Shown here: positions 9,972 through 19,543 of the stretch, one piece after another
Layout of the letters: each line of letters begins with the position of its first letter
Numbering within the stretch: position 1 is the first letter of the stretch
Source of the DNA: Candidatus Bathyarchaeia archaeon
GTDB taxonomy: Archaea; Thermoproteota; Bathyarchaeia; TCS64
Length of the DNA: 64,000 nt
Assembly: GCA_050014495.1 (NCBI GenBank)
Contig: JBEKDF010000004.1
Location: forward strand, 1-64,000
Reading direction: 5' to 3'
Notes under the pieces: generated by a model
What the model saw: only the letters and a program-made list of their open reading frames with translations
Told to the model about the DNA's origin: nothing
Database searches by the model: none
Position numbers and translations under genes: made by a program

Positions 9972-11804
9972 ATGAGTGTAGCCAAACCAGTACTAGATTG
10001 GATAGACGCGATGAAGCCCCGGACAGATATAAGGGGCTCCGGAAAGGAGTTCAGGATGATTTTGAGGTACCACCGACCCTATCTCCCATACTGCGTCCTC
10101 ACGGTGATCTTTAGCGCAGCTAGGGCGACACTCTTCGCCCTTGAGCCCCTGTACCTCGCGCAGATAATCAATAAGGTAATCATAGGCGGGCAATCAACCC
10201 TGCTAACCGGGCTCGTACTCAGTACAATACTTGCAGTCCTCGGTGTAGGAATGTTCACCTTCTTCGAAACATTCACTAATGGTTATGTAGCAGAACTAAT
10301 AATCAGGGACATAAGGTCGGACTATTACCGCTCCCTCGAGGAGAAGTCCTTTGGCTTCTTCGACTCCAACTCCGTCGGCGATCTCATCTCCAGAGCCACG
10401 ATGGATCTTCAAGCAGTAAACAACTTCTGCGCGAACTGGATAATGAATATCTTTGACTCCCTGTTCGTAGTCACCGCCTGCTTATGGATTATGTATCCAA
10501 TTAACCCGATGTTGACTCTTCTCACATTCGCGCCGATGCCCCTAGTTGCCTATATCCAGATTAGACAATTTACCCAGGTGCGTCCCCTCTTCCGGAAGAT
10601 GATGCTCATCCTCGGTAAGCTTGGTGCATATGTCCAGCAAAACATCATTGGGATGAAGAATGTACGCATCTTCGAGATGGAGGAAGGCATGAAGGATGGC
10701 TTCGAGAAAGTCGAATCAAAGTACGTTGCCACCGCGATATCCGCAGGAAAAATACAGGCCCTCTACATCCCCTCCCCACAGACTATTCTGCAGATCGGCG
10801 TAGCCTTCGTTTACATATATGGGACGAGTCTCCTCCTTGGACCAAACCCCATACTCATAGTAGGGAATCTCCTTCTCTTTGCAACTTATATGCAGAGGAT
10901 CGTTCCACAACTCAACCAATTAGCAAACATCGTTGGTGCCTGGATCAACTCCTCCGCAAGCATCGAACGAATAAATGAGATAAAAAACACGCCAATCGAC
11001 GTCAAAGAAGACCCTAACGCCAAGAATATACAGATAGAGAGAGGTGATGTCGAGTTCCAAAACGTCAGCTTCGGCTACTCAAAGGACATTGACATACTCT
11101 TTAACATCAGTTTCAAAGCAGCAGCTGGAGAGAAGATAGCGATTTTAGGCGCGACTGGTTCGGGGAAGACGTCGCTCATTTACCTCATCCCGAGGTTCTA
11201 TGACCCACACGCCGGTAGTATAAAGATAGATGGTGTCGACATCAAGGAATACGTGATCGACTCCCTGCAGCGGCAGGTAGGCGTGGTCCTTCAGGATGTC
11301 TTCCTCTTTTCTGGCACAATCAAGAGTAACATTGCCTTCGGAAAGCCAAATGCGACTGATGAGGAGATCATCAATGCTGCGAAGTTGGCGCGGATACACG
11401 ACTTCATCGACTCTCTCCCGGATAAGTATGATAGCTATGTCGGGGAGAGGGGTGTTACCCTGTCCGGCGGGCAGAAGCAGAGGCTAACTATCGCCAGGGC
11501 CATCCTCACCAATCCAAAGATACTCATCCTTGATGACTCCCTCAGTTTTGTCGATGCTAAGACAGAGCAGGAAATACAGGAAGCACTTGAGGACGCAATG
11601 AGGGGTAGAACCACATTCATCATAGCGCAGCGACTTTCTACCATTAAGAACGCCGACAAGATACTCGTACTGGAGAAAGGTAGGGTCGCCGAGTTCGGGA
11701 AACACACAGAGCTCATGGCTGAGAACGGGATATACAAGCGCGTCTATGAGACCCAGTTCCTCGAAAAATCCACCGAGGAGATCCTCGGAGAGGAGGTGGC
11801 TTAG
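9972..11804 (+). CDS. heterodimeric ABC exporter subunit 1 (TMD+NBD)
   Basis: TM domain, GATGSGKT, LSGGQKQ, degenerate Walker B ILDDS and switch IAQR. Confidence 0.93.
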   Translation: MSVAKPVLDWIDAMKPRTDIRGSGKEFRMILRYHRPYLPYCVLTVIFSAARATLFALEPLYLAQIINKVIIGGQSTLLTGLVLSTILAVLGVGMFTFFETFTNGYVAELIIRDIRSDYYRSLEEKSFGFFDSNSVGDLISRATMDLQAVNNFCANWIMNIFDSLFVVTACLWIMYPINPMLTLLTFAPMPLVAYIQIRQFTQVRPLFRKMMLILGKLGAYVQQNIIGMKNVRIFEMEEGMKDGFEKVESKYVATAISAGKIQALYIPSPQTILQIGVAFVYIYGTSLLLGPNPILIVGNLLLFATYMQRIVPQLNQLANIVGAWINSSASIERINEIKNTPIDVKEDPNAKNIQIERGDVEFQNVSFGYSKDIDILFNISFKAAAGEKIAILGATGSGKTSLIYLIPRFYDPHAGSIKIDGVDIKEYVIDSLQRQVGVVLQDVFLFSGTIKSNIAFGKPNATDEEIINAAKLARIHDFIDSLPDKYDSYVGERGVTLSGGQKQRLTIARAILTNPKILILDDSLSFVDAKTEQEIQEALEDAMRGRTTFIIAQRLSTIKNADKILVLEKGRVAEFGKHTELMAENGIYKRVYETQFLEKSTEEILGEEVA

Positions 11805-13688
11805 ATGGCGATAAGTGGACCCGGCGGGGGCGGAGGCGGTGGGGGAGGCGGAGGCGGAGGTGCAGGACCAAGCAGCTACGGTGTATTTTCTACCCTAGGA
11901 GAATCACAGAAGAAGAGAACCTATACAGATAGAGAGCTGATAAGAAGGCTCCTAAATTACGCTGTTGCCTATAAAAAGAACTTCATCTACGCCACCATCG
12001 CCCTAATCGTCAACTCGATAACAACCGTTCTCGTACCCTATATGGGAAAACTCGTTATAGACAACATCATCACTCCAAAGGATATTGGCGGCTTCGTTTG
12101 GTGGGTTCCCCTCTTCATGGCTATCACGGCTGCCTACTTCGTGGCGCAATATGTCCAGACGTGGCAGGTCAGAATCCTCGGTGAGAACACTGTTGCGAGA
12201 ATCAGGGAGGATATTGTTGCTAAACTCCAGATCATTTCCCTTAGGTACTTCTCGGAAGGTGAGACGGGGAGAATAATCGCCCGCCCAATAAATGACGCTA
12301 ACGCCCTCAGAATGTTCTTTAGAACCGGTTTCACGAGCATAATCCTCAACACAGCCTCACTCATCGGTGGCTTCGTAATCATATTCTTCCTAAACGTCCG
12401 ACTCGCCTTACTCTCCATAGCCGTCATGCCAATAGCTGCAATTGCAACCTACTACCTAGGTATATTCTCTCGCAAATACAACAGGGCTGCATTCCTCCAC
12501 ACATCAGGGATGATCTCTACAATGCAGGAAAGCCTCTCTGGGATGAAGGTGATAAAGGCCTTTGTCCAGCTCGACAGATCCCACAAAGCATTCAACGATG
12601 AGCAGAACAAGGTTGTCAAGCAGAGGATAATGGCGGTACTCGTCTCAGCTACATACCAGCCTGTTGCCTATTCGATCAGGGTTGCGGGCACCGCCATGGT
12701 CATATGGTTCGGTGCAAACATGGCGATGAGTGGAGAGATAACTTTAGGCACATTCATAGCCTTCACCAGCTACCAGCTTCTGTTTTTCAACCCCATACTC
12801 GCCTTAGTACAGGCTTACGACCAATATCAGCAGGCCATGGCAGCTACGGAGAGGATGTTCGACCTCATAGATACCGAACCCGAGGTCGAGGATCCCCCCG
12901 AGGATAAGGTGGTTAAAGTAGGGAGGGCTGAGGAGCTTAGCTCAAAGGATGTTACCTTCGGCTACGACCCAGACATCCCAGTCATACACGATGTAAACTT
13001 CGAAATAAACTCAAAGATCATGAAGCTTGCCATAGTTGGCCCCACAGGGGCTGGGAAGAGCACCATAATCAATCTAATCTCAAGGTTCTACGACCCCCTT
13101 TCTGGCAAGATAGAATTAAACGGGGAAGACATTAGAAACATCAAGATAGCGGACCTACGGAGCCACCAAAGCATCGTACTCCAAGACTCTTACCTATTCC
13201 CCATGTGTATTAGAGACAACATCAGGTTCGGGAAACCAGAGGCAACTAGTGAGGAGGTGATCGAAGCCGCGAAGATGGTTGGCGCACACGAGTTTATCAT
13301 GAACCTCCCAGGCGGATACGATTACCTAATCCAAGAGGGCTCCTCCAATATCTCCATCGGACAAAGGCAACTCATCAGCTTCGCAAGGGCGATCCTCATG
13401 GACCCTGAGATACTGATCCTCGACGAGGCAACATCCAGCATCGACCCCTACACCGAACTTGTAATCCAGAGTGCCTTGAAGAAGCTCCTTGAGAATAGGC
13501 GTGTAATAATAATCGCCCATAGGCTTTCCACAATCAGGCTCTGCGATGAAATAATTGTCCTAGACCAGGGTAGAATTGTTGAGAAGGGAACGCATTCAGA
13601 GCTCATGGAGATGGGTGGCATATACTCCGCCTTCTACAGGATGCAGTTCAAGGAGGAGAAGGGAATCGGTGTGGGTGGGATCGACTAG
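11805..13688 (+). CDS. heterodimeric ABC exporter subunit 2 (TMD+NBD)
   Basis: GPTGAGKS, degenerate signature ISIGQ, canonical ILDEATS and IAHR; N-terminal poly-Gly. Confidence 0.93.
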   Translation: MAISGPGGGGGGGGGGGGGAGPSSYGVFSTLGESQKKRTYTDRELIRRLLNYAVAYKKNFIYATIALIVNSITTVLVPYMGKLVIDNIITPKDIGGFVWWVPLFMAITAAYFVAQYVQTWQVRILGENTVARIREDIVAKLQIISLRYFSEGETGRIIARPINDANALRMFFRTGFTSIILNTASLIGGFVIIFFLNVRLALLSIAVMPIAAIATYYLGIFSRKYNRAAFLHTSGMISTMQESLSGMKVIKAFVQLDRSHKAFNDEQNKVVKQRIMAVLVSATYQPVAYSIRVAGTAMVIWFGANMAMSGEITLGTFIAFTSYQLLFFNPILALVQAYDQYQQAMAATERMFDLIDTEPEVEDPPEDKVVKVGRAEELSSKDVTFGYDPDIPVIHDVNFEINSKIMKLAIVGPTGAGKSTIINLISRFYDPLSGKIELNGEDIRNIKIADLRSHQSIVLQDSYLFPMCIRDNIRFGKPEATSEEVIEAAKMVGAHEFIMNLPGGYDYLIQEGSSNISIGQRQLISFARAILMDPEILILDEATSSIDPYTELVIQSALKKLLENRRVIIIAHRLSTIRLCDEIIVLDQGRIVEKGTHSELMEMGGIYSAFYRMQFKEEKGIGVGGID

Positions 13689-13753
13689 CCTCGAATAACT
13701 TTGAAAATCTTAATACCACGTCGAATGAAAACTAAGCATAGCCGTGATTTGCC

Positions 13754-14584
13754 TTGGTTAAGGTCACCTTCGTCAAGATTGGGTACATTGCCACCACCAC
13801 ACTGATAGATGCCCTCCTAGATGAGAGGTCGGGGAGAAAGGATCTACAGATGCGTGTTGTCTCGTCTAGCACGAGTATGGAGGAAGAAGCCGCAGTTGAT
13901 GTCGCAAAAATAGCCGCTGGGATCCCATCAGACCTCTATGTGGTTGTTTCCCCAAACGCTGTAATGCCCGGGCCCACAAAAGCTAGGGAGGCGCTCCACG
14001 CCACAGGGAAACCAGTTATAGTCATCTCCGATGAACCGAGTAGGAAGACATTGAAGGAGAACCCGACCGAGGGCGTCGGCTACATCGTTGTGATGAACGA
14101 TCCCATGATCGGAGCGAAACAGACATTCCTCGACCCTATCGAAATGGCACTCTTCAATGCTGACGCGATAAGAGTCCTCGCCATAACAGGCTCTTTCAGG
14201 ATCGTGCAGCAAGAGATTGACAATGTGATCGAACAGATAGGAAAAGGTGAGAAACCTGTACTACCTCAAGTAGTGATTGAGAAGGAAAACGCATTAGCCG
14301 CCTCACAGATCGCAAACCCCTACGCCCAAGGCAAAGCGATAGCCGCCTTCGAAGCCGCCCGCAGAGTAGCCAACCTCAGCACCGAAGGCACATTCAAGGT
14401 TGAGGAACCCGAGAGGTACCTCCCAATCCTCGCGGCAGCACACGAGCTGCTTAGACAAGCAGCGAAAACAGCAGACGAGGCAAGAGAGATCGAGAAAGCG
14501 AACGACACAGTCGTCCGCCTCGCCCACTTCAGTAAGGGTTATACCAGGAAGAAGATAAAACTCGGTGAAAAGTTCGAGAAGTAA
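13754..14584 (+). CDS. mtd: F420-dependent methylene-H4MPT dehydrogenase
   Basis: LLDER..R, VSPNA.MPGP, DPMIGA...FLDP.EMA.FNAD, AAAHE...A..ADEAREIEKAND. Confidence 0.88.
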   Translation: MVKVTFVKIGYIATTTLIDALLDERSGRKDLQMRVVSSSTSMEEEAAVDVAKIAAGIPSDLYVVVSPNAVMPGPTKAREALHATGKPVIVISDEPSRKTLKENPTEGVGYIVVMNDPMIGAKQTFLDPIEMALFNADAIRVLAITGSFRIVQQEIDNVIEQIGKGEKPVLPQVVIEKENALAASQIANPYAQGKAIAAFEAARRVANLSTEGTFKVEEPERYLPILAAAHELLRQAAKTADEAREIEKANDTVVRLAHFSKGYTRKKIKLGEKFEK

Positions 14585-14585
14585 C

Positions 14586-15056
14586 CTAAGTGTCTGTTAA
14601 TGAGCCACGTCGGGTCTTCACAGCGACACCGATCTTGAACTCCTTCATCTCCTCGCTTACTAGGAGCGCCTTTCCCACGCCTACAACACGAGCTTCCTCA
14701 TTCACTATTATTACTTCGTCGCCCGGGCGGATCTTCTCCCCAGAGTGTATGACGTGTTTAGCGAAGACGTTCTTGCCCTTGGAGACGAACTCGGCTGCTT
14801 CCGCGTTCACTGTGACGGTGTAACCCAGATCTGGAACCTGCGCAAGGAGGCGCTCAGCAGCAGCTATGGTCAGGGTAAAGAGCCCGTCATTCGGACGAAA
14901 GTTGGCCAGTAAAATGTTCCCAAAGTAAATATGTCTGATCCTGCCCGTGTTCCTAGAATGAATTATTCTAACGTCATCAGGGAAAAGGGCAGCACCAGAA
15001 CTGGAGCCGAACTGGTAATCAGCAATAGCCCTAATCCGTCTCAGATCATCATTCAT
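14586..15056 (-). CDS. standalone PUA-domain protein (ArcTGT C-terminal-like)
   Basis: IADYQFG, SRNTGRIRHI, GKNVFAKHV, IRPGDEV, GVAVKTRRG. Confidence 0.85.
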   Translation of the reverse strand: MNDDLRRIRAIADYQFGSSSGAALFPDDVRIIHSRNTGRIRHIYFGNILLANFRPNDGLFTLTIAAAERLLAQVPDLGYTVTVNAEAAEFVSKGKNVFAKHVIHSGEKIRPGDEVIIVNEEARVVGVGKALLVSEEMKEFKIGVAVKTRRGSLTDT

Positions 15057-15265
15057 TCCACCCCAAACTGGTCGTCCATCCTTTATTATGCGTTGCTGAA
15101 ATATTCACCTCTAATTTAGTCATGATAAACTCACTTTAATCAGTGTATGTTTGCACATCCATTGAGAATGGAAGTGGCAATTTGAGCTCAAACGTGTTTA
15201 GGTGTCCATAGACGACTTTTAATGATCTCAAAATTAATATATCAAATTAGATAAGTTACTCTCAC

Positions 15266-15571
15266 TTGGTGAGAGTAGACCGAATGGACAGCAAATTGAT
15301 GGCAGGACTCGGTCTCATGAGTGCATTGAGTCTAAACCAAATAAATGCAGAAACAATGTTGGCGATTGTCTCAAGTCTAAGTTTGTTACAGCTTTTAATA
15401 CTCAGGATTCGTGGCTCAGTATTCGTTGATTGGGTTAGTTTTGAGGGATGGAAAAGGAAACTCCCCTTCTATGTCATAAGGTGTCCTAAACATGGATATC
15501 AGATAAGTTACCCCAGTGGATACGATGAGGTTCTCATTTGCCCGAAGTGTTTGAGCGGTACTTCAAGTTAG
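15266..15571 (+). CDS. hypothetical protein with CPKHG..CPKC zinc motif
   Basis: hydrophobic N-terminus; FYVIRCPKHG...YPSGY...LICPKC. Confidence 0.6.
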   Translation: MVRVDRMDSKLMAGLGLMSALSLNQINAETMLAIVSSLSLLQLLILRIRGSVFVDWVSFEGWKRKLPFYVIRCPKHGYQISYPSGYDEVLICPKCLSGTSS

Positions 15572-15749
15572 GATTGTAGTACAGATTATTTTCACCCCCG
15601 CGCGTGCAAACATTTTCTTGAGAATCATAATCTTCTGTTGCACGTGATTTGCTACCGAATTTCATGGTTGTATCGGAAAAATAAAAGGCAATTCGAGTCA
15701 TCTTTAAAACTTAAAATTCCTAGTATTTTTAGGGTTGTGCTTAGAGCAT

Positions 15750-15759
15750 GCGCGCGCGC
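15750..15759. repeat. (GC)5 tract
   Basis: GCATGCGCGCGCGC, intergenic. Confidence 0.9.
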
Positions 15760-15768
15760 CTTTATAAG
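15753..15768 (+). promoter_or_regulatory. putative TATA promoter of the mbf1 operon, directly abutting a (GC)5 tract
   Basis: GCGCGCC-TTTATAAG about 35 nt upstream of ATG 15800. Confidence 0.5.
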
Positions 15769-15799
15769 CCGATTTAACTCTCAATATTGGGGCTTCGAT

Positions 15800-16312
15800 A
15801 TGCGCTGCGAGGTATGCGGTAGAGAAATTTTGGGGCCTCCTCAGCGAAGAATAATTGAGGGGGCGAAGCTAACGGTCTGCTCTAGATGCGCCTCCTTTGG
15901 TACCTCCGATTGGGCACCTGGCAGACCAACTCCGACAAAGACGCCGAGCAGGTCACAATTAACTTCGATGCCCGCCGCCCGTCCAAGAATGAGGAATGAT
16001 GTAGAATCAGTCGAACAACTAGAGCTAATCGAGGATTACGGTACGCAGATCAGGAAGGCCCGCCAAAAACTAGGTCTATCTGAGAAGGATCTGGCCAAGA
16101 AGATGCAGGAGAAAGACTCCGTGATTAAGAACCTCGAGAAGATGGAACTAACCCCCGACAACAAGCTCATCACCAAGATCAGGAAGTACCTCGGCCTCGA
16201 CATAGTGGAGCACACCGACGTATCTAAGTCCCAGATACTCGCAAAGCCTACGGGTGCGAAGACTATCGGGGATATGCTCCGCATAGACTCGGAGAAGAGC
16301 GAGAAGCCTTAA
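15800..16312 (+). CDS. multiprotein bridging factor aMBF1
   Basis: MRCEVCG..IEGAKL.VC..CA.FG zinc ribbon plus HTH; start reassigned to ATG 15800. Confidence 0.92.
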   Translation: MRCEVCGREILGPPQRRIIEGAKLTVCSRCASFGTSDWAPGRPTPTKTPSRSQLTSMPAARPRMRNDVESVEQLELIEDYGTQIRKARQKLGLSEKDLAKKMQEKDSVIKNLEKMELTPDNKLITKIRKYLGLDIVEHTDVSKSQILAKPTGAKTIGDMLRIDSEKSEKP

Positions 16313-16905
16313 TGGCGCGGGAAATGGAGCCAAAAAGCATAGTTATTTTAATATCTGGCACCCCTGGCACTGGGAAGACAACTGTTTCTTCGCTACTTTC
16401 CCGGGAGTTGCATGGTGAACATATAGATCTTACTCATCTCGTCAAGGAGAGGGGATTAAGCCAAGGCTGGGACGATATACGCGCAACAACAATAGCCGAT
16501 TTAAAGGCTCTACGCATCGCAGTCGTCAAAATATTGGATGACTCTAAGAAGCCAGTCATCATTGATGGCCACTATTCCCCTGACATCGTATCCCGCGAAA
16601 AAGTCACCCTTATCATTGTGTTAAGACGCGCTCCCTGGGTTCTGAGGGAAGATCTCAGGGCTCGAGGATACAGCCCAATAAAAATTCGTGAGAACGTTGA
16701 GGCCGAGCTCCTCGGTACCTGTCTCGTCGACGCTTTAGCCACACAAGATACTAGAAAAATATGCGAGATCGACACAACAAGAATGGATCCCAAGGAAACA
16801 GTTAAGCTGATAATTGCCATCCTCGAAGGGGATACGGATTGCCACCACGGGGTCATCGACTGGATGAACTTTCCTGAAGTTGAGACGCTTCTAGGGGAGC
16901 TTTAA
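16312..16905 (+). CDS. AK6/Fap7-type adenylate kinase
   Basis: ISGTPGTGKTT, IIDGH, RGYS..KIRENVEAE. Confidence 0.9.
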   Translation: MAREMEPKSIVILISGTPGTGKTTVSSLLSRELHGEHIDLTHLVKERGLSQGWDDIRATTIADLKALRIAVVKILDDSKKPVIIDGHYSPDIVSREKVTLIIVLRRAPWVLREDLRARGYSPIKIRENVEAELLGTCLVDALATQDTRKICEIDTTRMDPKETVKLIIAILEGDTDCHHGVIDWMNFPEVETLLGEL

Positions 16906-16908
16906 AAA

Positions 16909-17136
16909 ATGTACATAGTGGTCCGCTGCCCTAGGTGCGGAGAGCTCATGCTTGCGAACACAGCTAACCAGACAAGGTCCTGCCCAAACTGTAACAACCG
17001 AGCCGAGCTCAAGACACTCCGCATCTACGGAAAGGCCGAGACTCCTACAGAGGCAACGCAACTCATGAAGTCTCTCAAAGCGAAAGAGGGGGGTGGCGAA
17101 GACTACAAGCCGAGTTTTAAGCGCCTCGATTCATAG
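16909..17136 (+). CDS. DUF1922-like zinc-ribbon protein
   Basis: MYIVVRCPRCG..CPNC. Confidence 0.75.
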   Translation: MYIVVRCPRCGELMLANTANQTRSCPNCNNRAELKTLRIYGKAETPTEATQLMKSLKAKEGGGEDYKPSFKRLDS

Positions 17137-17225
17137 ACTGATAGTTGCACATAGGAATTTCTTGTTGCTCAACTTTCGCATTTTTATACTGGGGGAGGGT
17201 ATCTGTGGTCTAGAGGTTAAACGAA

Positions 17226-17648
17226 ATGGCGGCTGTAACCAGCAGAAGATTCTTCGAGGAACTCGGCCTACTCGTCGGAAAGTCTGTAGCAGTCTTTGAC
17301 ACGACTGGCAAATCCTACGATGGCGAGTTACTTGGGTACGACTCAAATACGCTGAGCATCTGCCTTGGCAACGTTAACACCGAGCGCGGGAAAGTACACA
17401 GGGTCTTTATCGTAGGCGGTAGCGTCGCTCGAATCCTAGCCTCAGAGAGACCATTCAACCTCGAGGGGTTAAAGGAAAGGCTGGAGAAGGTCTTCCCTAA
17501 CATGGTACAGCTAATACCAGAGGCACGAGTCATCATCGTCATGGGAAAGATAAGGCTGAACGAGACTGGTGTTATCGAGGGGACGGGACCAGCTGCGGAT
17601 AGGGTCAGGGATATTTTCCAGAGATTTAAGACCGAGACCCAAGCTTAA
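17226..17648 (+). CDS. Lsm/SmAP3 RNA-binding protein
   Basis: Sm fold plus C-terminal domain (VFPNMV, GVIEGTGPAADRV). Confidence 0.88.
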   Translation: MAAVTSRRFFEELGLLVGKSVAVFDTTGKSYDGELLGYDSNTLSICLGNVNTERGKVHRVFIVGGSVARILASERPFNLEGLKERLEKVFPNMVQLIPEARVIIVMGKIRLNETGVIEGTGPAADRVRDIFQRFKTETQA

Positions 17649-17731
17649 TTTTTTTTAATCGAAAAGTATCGACGTTTTTTTATTACAAATCGCCAAGGTG
17701 AAATACCCGATACCACACACCCTCAGCCTAT

Positions 17732-19348
17732 ATGGCATTCGAGCTAAGGGATAGGGACTTAATGGGCCGGATCGGTCGTCTAAAGACGAAGAGCGGCATC
17801 GTCGAAACCCCCGCTTTTATGCCAGTAATAAACCCCCTTACTCAGGTCATCCCACCGAAAAGGATGAAGAAAGATTTCCATATAGAAATCGTTATCACGA
17901 ATAGCTATCTCGCCAAGAAGAACTTCTCTGAGATCTCCGACCTCGACATCCATAGGCTCCTTGATTATGACGGTGTCGTCATGACTGACTCTGGTGCCTA
18001 CCAGATTCTCGTGTATGGCGGGGTCGAGGTAACTCAGACAGAGATCATCGAGTACCAGAATAAGATACGATCCGATATAGCTGTCATCCTGGACATCCCG
18101 ACAGGTTGGGATGTTCCTCGCGAGAAGGTGGAATATACAGTCAACGAGACGCTCCACCGTGCAGAGGAGGCTATCCCCCTAATAAGAAATAGTGACGCTC
18201 TCTGGGTCGGCCCAATTCAAGGGGGCAGACATCTCGACCTAGTCGCTAAGTCTGCGAATAGTATTGGTAAGATGCCCTTCCAGATTCACGCATTGGGCAG
18301 CCCAACCGAGGTCATGGAACGCTACATGTTCACTGTCCTAGTCGACATGATTGTGGCTGCTAAACGAAACCTCCCTCCTGACCGACCCCTCCACCTCTTT
18401 GGTGCTGGCCACCCAATGATGTTCAGCCTCGCCTCAGCACTAGGCTGCGATCTATTCGACTCTGCTAGCTACGCCTTATACGCCAAGGATGGAAGATACC
18501 TGACCCCCAACGGCACCCTGCGTCTCGAGGACATTAACTACCTTCCATGTAGCTGTCCAGTCTGCAGGAAGTACTCAGCGGAGGAGCTAAAGACCGCAAC
18601 GAGGGGCGAGAGGGAGAGGCTTCTCGCTGAGCATAACCTCCACGCTTGTGCAATAGAGATAGAAGCTGTAAAGCAAGCCATATTCGAGGGGAGTCTCTGG
18701 GACCTAGTTGAAAGGAGAAGTAGAGGACATCCCGCCATGACTTCGGCCTTAAAGAGGCTCCGGGAGTATCAAGTTGACCTTGAGAGAGGTAGCCCCACAT
18801 TCAAGGGTCATGGTGTATTTTATTACGACTACCATAGCCTCGCCCGCCCCGAAATAAAGCGATACACACGTCTACTCAATCAGAACTATAAGAGACCCGT
18901 TGGAACGGAGGCCCTCATCCTAATTACTGCCCCCTCGCACAAACCCTTCGACGGAAGCGATGAGTACAGACACCTTAGGCAGAAACTCTACAACGAATTA
19001 GGAGAGGACCTAGATCGATTCCACTTTTGTTTCTATGCTGCCCCGTACGGGCCCATACCAGCGGACCTATCGGAGACATACCCACTGTCCCAGTTTGAGA
19101 TAGCGACTCCACTTGACATAGAGACGATCCGATACTCTGCAAGCGCCGTTGCCAGCTTCGTTGCATGTAGTAACTATAGGACTATCTTTCTCTACAGAGG
19201 AAGGGGTGAACTAGATGATGATGTGGAGTCTGCCCTAATGGACGCCTGCGAGAGGGCCAAGATAAACCTCACCACGATCTGGAATAACGATCCATGGGAA
19301 GCCAACGCCTTCTCTGCCCTCTGCAACACACTCAAAACTCGAAGGTAG
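17732..19348 (+). CDS. tgtA: archaeosine tRNA-guanine(15) transglycosylase lacking PUA
   Basis: ETPAFMPV, MTDSGAYQ, LDIPTG, HLFGAGHP, DLFDSA, CSCPVC, EHNL. Confidence 0.93.
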   Translation: MAFELRDRDLMGRIGRLKTKSGIVETPAFMPVINPLTQVIPPKRMKKDFHIEIVITNSYLAKKNFSEISDLDIHRLLDYDGVVMTDSGAYQILVYGGVEVTQTEIIEYQNKIRSDIAVILDIPTGWDVPREKVEYTVNETLHRAEEAIPLIRNSDALWVGPIQGGRHLDLVAKSANSIGKMPFQIHALGSPTEVMERYMFTVLVDMIVAAKRNLPPDRPLHLFGAGHPMMFSLASALGCDLFDSASYALYAKDGRYLTPNGTLRLEDINYLPCSCPVCRKYSAEELKTATRGERERLLAEHNLHACAIEIEAVKQAIFEGSLWDLVERRSRGHPAMTSALKRLREYQVDLERGSPTFKGHGVFYYDYHSLARPEIKRYTRLLNQNYKRPVGTEALILITAPSHKPFDGSDEYRHLRQKLYNELGEDLDRFHFCFYAAPYGPIPADLSETYPLSQFEIATPLDIETIRYSASAVASFVACSNYRTIFLYRGRGELDDDVESALMDACERAKINLTTIWNNDPWEANAFSALCNTLKTRR

Positions 19349-19411
19349 ACACACACGCATGAATCCTTATCCCTCAAACCATTTAGGGGTAGCCCTAGTG
19401 GGAAGGTATAA

Positions 19412-19530
19412 GTGCATGAAAAACATAGATGCACCGTCCCCCCAGGGGGTTAGAAAGGCCACCGGGGAAAGGACTCGACGATCCGTAGGCATTAGCCTGT
19501 AAACAGCGGGTCGCTTCGTTGCCTAGGCAA
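19412..19530 (+). ncRNA. putative structured RNA or 5' leader
   Basis: GC-rich intergenic stretch with consecutive hairpins downstream of a TATAAG (see findings). Confidence 0.35.
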
Positions 19531-19543
19531 GGTATAGATAGCA

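Noticed and set aside
9972..13688. Degenerate ATPase motifs in the ABC exporter pair
   Set aside because: Normal asymmetry of heterodimeric exporters, not inactivation.
15638..15799. N-terminal extensions proposed by the ORF track for MBF1 (also L38e, HypC and the M28 peptidase)
   Set aside because: They run through promoter DNA; family-typical starts lie downstream.
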